From Candidatus Saccharimonadota bacterium (GTDB taxonomy: Bacteria > Bacillota_I > Bacilli_A > Mycoplasmatales > Hepatoplasmataceae), in NCBI RefSeq assembly GCF_000582535.1, contig NZ_CP006932.1, forward strand, positions 240,001 to 272,000: 32,000 nt of DNA. The letters are read 5' to 3'. This document shows positions 20,503 through 29,902 of this stretch, piece after piece; the first letter of the stretch is position 1; each line of letters opens with the position of its first letter. Made by a program: the position numbers and the translations under genes. The notes beneath the pieces were generated by a model. The model searched no databases. It was not told the origin of the DNA and was given only the letters and a program-made list of their open reading frames with translations.

Positions 20503-22818
20503 TACATCACTATTAATTAAATCATCAATTGCTTGCGTATTTGCATCAATTGCTTCTTTATTAGCTTCATTTACTTCTTGTTGTGTTGTTCCACCTTCAG
20601 CAGTTGCATCAACTGTAGCAACATCTGAAGTATTTGGATCACTTAAATTATCAAGCTGATCATTAATATCATCAATCGCTTCTTTATTAGCTTCATTTAC
20701 TTCTTTTTGTGTAGATCCACCTTCAGTACTAGGACTATTAGTATTAATAACAGCGGTATCACCTTCTACTGGAACACCATTATTAATAAGATCATCTACT
20801 TCATCATTTAAATTATCAATCGCTTCTTTATTAGCTTCATTTACTTCTTTTTGTGTAGATCCACCTTCAGTACTAGGACTATTAGTATTAATAACAGCGG
20901 TATCACCTTCTACTGGAACACCATTATTAATAAGATCATCTACTTCATCATTTAAATTATCAATTGCTTCTTTATTAGCTTCATTTACTTCTTTTTGTGT
21001 AGATCCACCTTCAGTAGCAGGATCTGCAGTGGGAACATCAGAAGTATCTCCATTACGAATATCATCAACTTCATCATTTAAATTATCAATCGCTATTTTA
21101 TTATTTTTATTTACAATTTCTTGTGTTGCTCCACCTTCAGCAGCAGAATTTGAAGTGGGAACATCAGAAGTATCTCCATTATGAATATCATCAATTTCAT
21201 CATTTAAATTATCAATTGCTTCTTTATTAGCTTCATTTACTTCTTTTTGTGTAGATCCACCTTCAGTAGTAGGATTATTAGTATCAATAGTAGAAGTATC
21301 ACCTGGTGTAACTCCATTATCAATAATATTTTCTATTTCTGTATTTAAAGTATCAACTTCATCATTTAAATTATCAATTGCTTCTTTATTATTTTTATTT
21401 ACAATTTCTTGTGTTGATCCACCTTCAGCAGTAGGACTATTAGTATCAATAGTAGAAGTATCACCTAGTGTAACTCCATTATCAATAATATTTTCTATTT
21501 CTGTATTTAAAGTATCAACTTCATCATTTAAATTATCAATCGCTTCTTTATTATTTTTATTTACAATTTCTTGTGTTGATCCACCTTCAGCACTAGAATC
21601 TTTAGTATCAATAGTAGAAGTATCACCTGATGGAACACCATTATTAATAAGATCATCTACTTCATCATTTAAAATATTTATTTCTGTATTTAAAGTATCA
21701 AATTCATCATTTAAAGTATCAATCGCTTCTTTATTATTTTTATTTACAATTTCTTGTGTTGATCCACCTTCATTTGTAGAATCAGCAGTATTAATAGTTG
21801 CAGTTGTAATATCATCGCAATCGCAACCAGAAGAGTCACAACCACATTCCATACAATCAATCTTTTCATTAATATCAGAAATTTCAGAATTAACTTTAAT
21901 AATTTCTGAATCTAAGGTAATAATACTTTTTTTATTAGCTTCATTTACTTCTTTTTGATTTGGCCCACCTTCAAAAAAACTATCAACAGTAGATACATTT
22001 TCTGTATTGGTTTTTAAATCATTATCATCAATCTTAGAACTAATATCATTAATTAAAGTATTTATATTATCGATATCTTTTTTATTAACTTGATTTATTT
22101 CTTTTTGATTTATTCCACCTTCTAAAGTAGTATCGACCGCTTTAATAGAATAAGTAGTATTAGCTTCACCAAAAGATTCCATTTTATCATTAATATCAGA
22201 AATATCTGAATTTAGTGAATCAAAATTAACTTTATTTTTTACATTAATTTCTTGTTGTGTTGATCCATTCTCTAAAGAAGAATTATTTGCACTAACTTTT
22301 GAAGTATTTATATCAAAATCTAAATTATCAATTTTATCATCAATTATAATAATTGAATCATTTAAATCATCTATGTTTTGTTTATTTTTTTCATTTACTT
22401 GCTTTTGTGTTGTTCCGCCTTCAGAAGTAGAATTAACTGTTTCAATAGAAGAAGTAATAGTTTGTATTAAAGTATTACCATTAATAATATCACTAAATTC
22501 ATCATTTAAATTATCAATGTTTTGTTTATTTTTTTCATTTACTTGTTGTTGTGTTGTTCCACCTTCAGAAGTAGAATTGATAGTATTAATAGATGATGTA
22601 ATAGTTTTTATTTTAGTACTACCACTTACAATAGAATTAATACTTTGTGTAATATTTTCATTTACTTCTTGTTGAAATCCTCCACCTTCAGCAACAGGAT
22701 TTACTGTTTGTACATGAGCAGAATCAGTAATTGATGCTGTAACTTTTTCTTCTTGTTCTACAAAATCACTATTATCAGATTCTTTATCTTGAAAATTTAA
22801 TTCATTTTCCTTTATCAT
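18973..22818 (-). CDS. Fibre-family protein P3 (1281 aa): same layout as P2 with 15 EGG units and a different C-terminal module
   Basis: Track ORFs 19732..22818 and 18973..19206 are in frame (528 nt between codon tops). I translated the intervening stretch with TGA=Trp and found it open (WTTGCLNSFNPNDPQGDECYVAIKR...TMWGVNGIPAPIDLNAQVSGTIINMDDYSNADF...). The N-terminus is MIKENELNFQDKESDNSDFVEQEEKVTASITDSAHV. Confidence 0.85.
20701..20988. repeat. Intragenic tandem duplication, 2 x 144 bp (48-aa unit TEGGSTQKEVNEANKEAIDNLNDEVDDLINNGVPVEGDTAVINTNSPS)
   Basis: The anchor ttctttttgtgtagatccacc occurs at 20701 and 20845. P2 carries this unit only once. Confidence 0.8.
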
Positions 22819-22970
22819 AATTTAATTTACCCTATATTATTTATTTACATTTTTTTAAAAACAAAAAAAGCACTTCTGCTATTTCTAATTTAATTCTAAA
22901 TATAGGTAATTATTTATCAAATTTTGATATTCTAATAACCCATTATCTTAATTTTAATTATAATAAAAAA
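22819..22970 (-). promoter_or_regulatory. Conserved upstream leader and promoter block of P3 (-10 at 22957-22962; palindrome TATCAAATTTTGATA at 22915-22929)
   Basis: This block aligns with the P2 and P4 upstream regions. The TATAAT lies about 139 nt upstream of the ATG. Confidence 0.45.
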
Positions 22971-23133
22971 ATAAAATAAAAATATATATTTTTATTTTAT
23001 TAATTATTTTTTTGATAATAGTATTTTTTAGAATAACTAATATTTTTAAATTTTCAAAAGTAAGATTATTAATAGCGAGAAATTAAATTAATTTAATTTT
23101 AGAATTTTGTTAAATTATGAAACACAAATGAAA

Positions 23134-23167
23134 TAATTTTTGATATTGATATCAATATCAAAAATTA
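23134..23167. repeat. Perfect 34-nt palindrome (17-bp arms, no spacer)
   Basis: I checked taatttttgatattgat|atcaatatcaaaaatta base by base. It lies in the 815-nt non-coding spacer between P4 and P3. Confidence 0.8.
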
Positions 23168-23223
23168 AAAGATTATTTATAGTTTATCAATTATTTTTGT
23201 AAAATCAAAAATTAAAAAAAATA

Positions 23224-23258
23224 ATATCAATAAAAATTTTATTAATTTTTATTGATAT
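23224..23258. repeat. Perfect 15-bp inverted repeat with a 5-nt loop
   Basis: The arms are atatcaataaaaatt (23224-23238) and aatttttattgatat (23244-23258), separated by ttatt. It shares the ATATCAA/TTGATAT core with the 34-nt palindrome. Confidence 0.75.
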
Positions 23259-23633
23259 CTTAAAATTTATCATTTTAATTTAAAAGTTACTATAATTTTT
23301 GTATTTAAATTATTAAATTAAAGGAATCTGAATTAAAAAAAAGATTATATAAATTTGGTAATACAACATTTATGTAATTTATTAAATATTTATATTATTT
23401 TTTTTGATAATAATACTAAATAATTGAATTATTCAGTAAAAAATAATATATTTTGATAGTTTGAAAAACTACTTTTATTATTCAAAAATTATTAAAATAC
23501 CAATGCAAAATTTCAATTATTTAATAATCTTTTGATTTATTTTTTACTTAAATTATAAATATTATCTTCTTCTTTATTAAAAAAAAGCAAATATGTGATC
23601 TAATTGTAATAAATATCAATTTTCATTCTCTTT

Positions 23634-26600
23634 TTAAATTATAATTCCTTTCACTCCTAATAGTTCAAGATGTCCTAAACCGCCACCACTAGTTCAAGTT
23701 AAAACATTTCCAGTAATTGTAAAGTGTTCTTGCTGGTAATTAGAATAAGAATGATTTGTTATACCATCAGCAACAATATCACTAACTTTAATAACTCAAT
23801 CACCAACAGCAAAATTGCTTCCTTCAATTTTAAATAATAATAAATCATAAGAAGTGTAATCATTTAAAGTGAAAGTATCAGAAGTTTGAGATATCACAAG
23901 ATTATCTATTGATGTAAAGTTAAAACCATAAATCATTGTTATGTAACTACCTTCACCTATTCCTGTTGAAACTTCTTGGTTTGAAAATCTTCAACCATTA
24001 AGAGCAGTATCAGCAGCATTTTTGGCAACATAAATATAGTTTTGCTCTGGATCTGTTGTTTGTTCTCATAAAGTATAACTAAAATTATTTCTTGTATTAT
24101 CTCATCATTTTTGAACAATCATATTAAATTGTGTAATGTCTTCTAATCAAGTAAAATTATCATTATTTTCATAAATACCTTCTGTAATTAAAGGTGTTAG
24201 CCCAACATTAATTCCTTTTAAATAATATATTCCAGTAAAATCACCTATAATATCTAAATTAAAATTAGTAGGATCAGTAAATATTAATTTTTGAATCTCA
24301 TTATTACTTGTAATTCCGCTTTGATTTGAATCATTAATATCTATTTCTTTACCAATAAACAAACCATTTCCCACATAATTAGGATGTTGATTTTTACTCA
24401 AAATAATATCATAATTTAAATAACTATCTAATATTTCTCCACTTGTTTTACTATTAGCATCATCATCCTCAGGTGTTAATGGAATAAAATCATTACCACC
24501 AATATTAGGTTCAGAAACAACTATATCTGCCTCTGAACTAATTAATTCCTCTCCATCATAAATTTCAATTACATATGTTCCAGCAATTAAATTATCAAAG
24601 ATCAATCCTGTATTTGCTCCATCAACTAAGCTAATTGGACTTGTTCCAGTAGCAGGATTTAAAACTGCAGTTGCTAAATCAACAAAGTTAGCAATTGTAA
24701 CATCAAATCCAATTGAACCATCACTACCACCATTTATAGTTACATCAGTTGGAATAACATTTGAAACTGTTGCCTCTGGATCTGGGAGAGGTTCATTAAT
24801 CACTATATCTGCCTCTGAACTAATTAAAGTTTCTCCATCATAAATTTCAATTACATATGTTCCAGCAATTAAATTATCAAAACTCAAATCAGCATTTACT
24901 CCATCAACTAAGTTAATTGGACTTGTTCCAGTAGCAGGATTTAAAATAGCAGTTGCTAAATCAACAAAGTTAGCAATTGTAACATCAAATCCAATTGAAC
25001 CATCACTACCACCATTTATAGTTACATCAGTTGGAATAACATTTGAAACTGTTGCCTCTGGATCTGGGAGAGGTTCATTAATCACTATATCTGCCTCTGA
25101 ACTAATTAAAGTTTCTCCATCATAAATTTCAATTGTATATGTTCCAGCAATTAAATTATCAAAACTTAAATCAGCATTTGCTCCATCAACTAAGCTAATT
25201 GGACTTGTTCCAGTAGCAGGATTTAAAACTGCAGTTGCTAAATCAACAAAGTTAGCAATTGTAACATCAAATCCAATTGAACCATCACTACCACCATTTA
25301 TAGTTACATCAGTTGGAATAACATTTGAAACTGTTGCCTCTGGATCTGGGAGAGGTTCAGAAACAACAATATCTGCCTCTGAACTAATTAAAGTTTCTCC
25401 ATCATAAATTTCAATTGTATATGTTCCAGCAATTAAATTATCAAAACTTAAATCAGCATTTGCTCCATCAACTAAGCTAATTGGACTTGTTCCAGTAGCA
25501 GGATTTAAAATAGCAGTTGCTAAATCAACAAAGTTAGCAATTGTAACATCAAATCCAATTGAACCATCACTACCACCATTTATAGTTACATCAGTTGGAA
25601 TAACATTTGAAACTGTTGCCTCTGGATCTGGGAGAGGTTCAGAAACAACAATATCTGCCTCTGAACTAATTAAAGTTTCTCCATCATAAATTTCAATTGT
25701 ATATGTTCCAGCAATTAAATTATCAAAACTTAAATCAGCATTTGCTCCATCAACTAAGCTAATTGGACTTGTTCCAGTAGCAGGATTTAAAACTGCAGTT
25801 GCTAAATCAACAAAGTTAGCAATTGTAACATCAAATCCAATTGAACCATCACTACCACCATTTACAGTTACATCAGTTGGAATAACATTTGAAACTGTTG
25901 CCTCTGGATCTGGAAGAGGTTCATTAATCACTATATCTGCCTCTGAACTAATTAAAGTTTCTCCATCATAAATTTCAATTGTATATGTTCCAGCAATTAA
26001 ATTATCAAAACTTAAATCAGCATTTGCTCCATCAACTAAGCTAATTGGACTTGTTCCAGTAGCAGGATTTAAAATAGCAGTTGCTAAATCAACAAAGTTA
26101 GCAATTGTAACATCAAATCCAATTGAACCATCACTACCACCATTTACAGTTACATCAGTTGGAATAACATTTGAAACTGTTGCCTCTGGATCTGGAAGAG
26201 GTTCATTAATCACTATATCTGCCTCTGAACTAATTAAAGTTTCTCCATCATAAATTTCAATTGTATATGTTCCAGCAATTAAATTATCAAAACTTAAATC
26301 AGCATTTGCTCCATCAACTAAGCTAATTGGACTTGTTCCAGTAGCAGGATTTAAAATAGCAGTTGCTAAATCAACAAAGTTAGCAATTGTAACATCAAAT
26401 CCAATTGAACCATCACTACCACCATTTACAGTTACATCAATTGGAACTACATTTGAAACTGTTGCCTCTGGATCTGGGAGAGGTTCATTAATCACTATAT
26501 CTGCCTCTGAACTAATTAAAGTTTCTCCATCATAAATTTCAATTACATATGTTCCAGCAATTAAATTATCAAAACTCAAATCAGCATTTACTCCATCAAC

Positions 26601-29441
26601 TAAGTTAATTGGACTTGTTCCAGTAGCAGGATTTAAAATAGCAGTTGCTAAATCAACAAAGTTAGCAATTGTAACATCAAATCCAATTGAACCATCACTA
26701 CCACCATTTATAGTTACATCAGTTGGAATAACATTTGAAACTGTTGCCTCTGGATCTGGGAGAGGTTCATTAATCACTATATCTGCCTCTGAACTAATTA
26801 AAGTTTCTCCATCATAAATTTCAATTACATATGTTCCAGCAATTAAATTATCAAAACTCAAATCAGCATTTACTCCATCAACTAAGTTAATTGGACTTGT
26901 TCCAGCAGCAGGATTTAAAATAGCAGTTGCTGAATCAACAAAGTTAGCAATTGTAACATCAAATCCAATTGAACCATCACTACCACCATTTACAGTTACA
27001 TCAATTGGAATAACATTTGAAACTGTTGCCTCTGGATCTGGGAGAGGTTCAGAAACAACAATATCTGCCTCTGAACTAATTAAAGTTTCTCCATCATAAA
27101 TTTCAATTGTATATGTTCCAGCAATTAAATTATCAAAACTCAAACCAGCATTTTCTCCATCAACTAAAGTAATTTCATCTATTATTGCTGTAGGATTTAA
27201 TCCTATTACATCTGAATTTGAATTTAAAACTGCTTTTGCTGTATTCATAAAGTTAGCAATTGTAACATCAAATACAATTGAACCATCATTACCACCATTT
27301 ACAGTTACATCAGTTGTAATAACATTTGAAAATATTACTTCTTGATCTGGAGTTAAAGGGCATCCAGTACAAATAGATATTGAATTAAGGCTTAATAAAA
27401 TATTAGAAACAATTTTATTTAAATCATCTATTGCTTGGGTATTAGTACCAATTGCTTGTGTATTAGCATTAATCGCAATTTTATTAGCTTCATTTACTTC
27501 TTGTTGTGTTGCCCCACCTTCAGTATTAGAATCAACTGTAGCAATATCTGAAGTAACTGGATTATTTAAATCATCAATTGCTTGCGTATTTGCATCAATT
27601 GCTTGCGTATTTGCATCAATTGCAATTTTATTAGCTCATTTACTTCTTGTATGTGTTGCTCCCCCTTCAGTATTAGAATCAACTGTAGTAATATCTGAAG
27701 TAACTGGATCACTTAAATCATCAATTGCTTGCGTATTTGCATCAATTGCTTGCGTATTTGCATCAATTGCAATTTTATTAGTTTCATTTACTTCTTGTTG
27801 TGTTGCTCCCCCTTCAGTATTAGAATCAACTGTAGTAATATCTGAAGTAACTGGATCACTTAAATCATCAATTGCTTGCGTATTTGCATCAATTGCTTGC
27901 GTATTTGCATCAATTGCAATTTTATTAGTTTCATTTACTTCTTGTTGTGTTGCTCCCCCTTCAGTATTAGAATCAACTGTAGTAATATCTGAAGTAACTG
28001 GATCACTTAAATTATCTATTGCTTGGGTATTAGCATCAATTGCTTGAGTATTAGCATCAATTGCTTTTTTATTAGCTTCATTTACTTCTTTTTGTGTAGA
28101 ACCACCTTCAGTAATTGAATTAGTAGTAGTAATAGTTGAAGTATTTCCTCCTGGCACACCATTATTTATAATATCACTAATTTCATCACTTAAATTATCA
28201 ATTGCTACTTTATTACTTTTATTTACAATTTCTTGTGTTGTTCCACCTTCAGTCGTAGAATTTACAGTATTAATAGTTGAAGTTGTAATATCATCGCAAT
28301 CGCAACCAGAAGAATCACAACCACATTCCATACAATCAATCTTTTCATTAATATCAGAAATTTCAGAATTAACTTTAATAATTTCAGAATCTAAAGTAAT
28401 AATACTTTTTTTATTAGCTTCATTTACTTCTTTTTGATTTGGCCCACCTTCAAAAAAACTATCAACAGTAGATACATTTCCTGTATTGGTTTTTAAATCA
28501 TTATCATCAATCTTAGAACTAATGTCACTAATTAAGGTATTTATACTATCAATATCTTTTTTATTAACTTGATTTATTTCTTTTTGATTTATTCCGCCTT
28601 CTAAAGTAGTATCGACCGCTTTAATAGAATAAGTGGTATTAGCTTCTCCAAAAGATTCCATTTTATCATTAATATCAGAAATATCTGAATTTAGTGAATC
28701 AAAATTAACTTTATTTTTTATATTAATATCTTTTTGCGTTGATCCACCTTCTAAAGAAGAACTAGTTGCATTAACTTTTGAAGTATTTATATCAAAATCT
28801 AAATTATCAATTTTATCATCAATTACAACAATTGAATTATTTAAATTATCAATGTTTTGTTTATTTTTTTCATTTACTTGCTTTTGTGTTGTTCCGCCTT
28901 CAGAAGTAGAATTAATTGTTTCAATAGAAGAAGTAACAGTTTGTATTAAAGTATTACCATTAACAATATCATTAAATTCATCATTTAAATTATCAATGTT
29001 TTGTTTATTTTTTTCATTTACTTGCTTTTGTGTTGTTCCGCCTTCAGAAGTAGAATTAATTGTTTCAATAGAAGAAGTAACAGTTTGTATTAAAGTATTA
29101 CCATTAACAATATTATTAAATTCATCATTTAAATTATCAATCGCTTCTTTATTTTTTTGATTTACTTGTTGTTGTGTTGTTCCACCTTCAGAAGCAGAGT
29201 TAATAGTATTAATATATGATGTAATAGTTTTTATTTCAGTATTACCACTTAAAATAGAATTAATACTTTGTGTAATATTTTCGTTTACTTCTTGTTGAAA
29301 TCCCCCACCTTCAGCAACAGGATTTACTGTTTGTACATGAGCAGAGTCAGTAATTGATGCTGTAATTTTTTCTTTTTCTTCTGAAAAATTACTTTTATCA
29401 GATTCATTTTCTTGAAAATTTAATTCATTTCCCTTTTCCAT
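23634..29441 (-). CDS. Fibre-family protein P4 (1935 aa): 13 EGG units, Cys cluster, CxxC hinge, 10 tandem SprB/Ig-like domains, third type of C-terminal module
   Basis: Track ORFs 27636..29441 and 24147..27248 are in the same frame (2193 nt apart). I translated 27635..27249 and 24146..23634 codon by codon and both are open with TGA=Trp, ending at TAA 23636-23634 (...LTWTSGGGLGHLELLGVKGIII*). The N-terminus is MEKGNELNFQENESDKSNFSEEKEKITASITDSAHV. Confidence 0.8.
24513..27332. repeat. Coding tandem array, 10 x 282 bp (94-aa SprB/Ig-like domain units); nine near-identical copies and one diverged
   Basis: The anchor gcctctgaac recurs at 24811, 25093 and onward with an exact 282-nt period. The unit is EPLPDPEATVSNVIPTDVT(V/I)NGGSDGSIGFDVTIANFVDLATA(I/V)LNPATGTSPI(N/S)LVDG(V/A)NADLSFDNLIAGTY(V/T)IEIYDGETLISSEADIV(IN/VS). 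Confidence 0.9.
27480..28075. repeat. Coding tandem array, about 4 x 147 bp (49-aa unit with an internal 21-bp/7-aa ANTQAID doublet)
   Basis: The anchor cccccttcag occurs at 27661, 27808 and 27955, with a variant at 27514. The unit is KIAIDANTQAIDANTQAIDDLSDPVTSDITTVDSNTEGGATQQEVNETN. Confidence 0.85.
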
Positions 29442-29610
29442 AATTTAATTTATCCTATATATTATTTTTATTTAAATTTGATTAAAATTTTTTTATATTA
29501 AAACAAAGCATTTCTGCTATTTCTAATTTAACTCTAAATATGGGTAATTATTTATCAAATTTTGATATTTTAAAAACCCCTTATCTTAATTTTCATTATA
29601 ATAAAAAATA
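29442..29610 (-). promoter_or_regulatory. Conserved upstream leader and promoter block of P4 (-10 at 29595-29600; palindrome TATCAAATTTTGATA at 29553-29567)
   Basis: This block aligns with the P2 and P3 upstream regions. The TATAAT lies about 154 nt upstream of the ATG. Confidence 0.45.
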
Positions 29611-29831
29611 AAATAAAAATATCTATTTTTATTTTTTTATAATTTGTAAATTTAATTCAAATATATTTTTATTTAAAAGATCATATTAATTTAAATTATT
29701 TTTATTTTTTGATATTTAACAAAAATTAAAATATTTTTTCTTATTATTTTATAAATAAAATAAAATTTTAAATTTATTAAATATAATGTTAGAAAAATAA
29801 TTTATAGATATTTTATTTTTTAAATATTTTA

Positions 29832-29857
29832 TTTTTTTTTTTAAAAGTTGATATAAT
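29832..29857 (+). promoter_or_regulatory. Putative extended -10 promoter (TGaTATAAT, 29849-29857) preceded by a T11 homopolymer (29832-29842) for beta-propeller paralog D
   Basis: The sequence is ttttttttttt-aaaag-TTGATATAAT, located 46 nt upstream of ATG 29903. AGGGG lies just upstream of the start codon. Confidence 0.4.
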
Positions 29858-29902
29858 TTTAGAAAAATGGGAATGTGAATTAAATTAATTATTTTAGGGG
29901 TT

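Noticed and set aside
22819-23633. Invertible promoter or site-specific recombination switch in the long spacer
   Set aside because: I could not find inverted repeats flanking the P3 promoter block, and no recombinase gene is in the window. Only local palindromes are present, and these are reported separately.
24513-27332. Possible CRISPR array, because of regularly spaced near-identical repeats
   Set aside because: The units are contiguous 282-bp copies with no unique spacers and lie within one open reading frame encoding a folded-domain repeat. No cas genes are present.
27636-27638. Treating this TGA as the true stop of a 601-aa protein, with a separate 1033-aa gene starting at 27248
   Set aside because: The downstream 387 nt are open in the same frame and continue the same repeat family straight into the Ig-like array. 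The ATG at 27248 falls in the middle of a repeat domain with no SD. TGA is demonstrably a sense codon elsewhere in the window.
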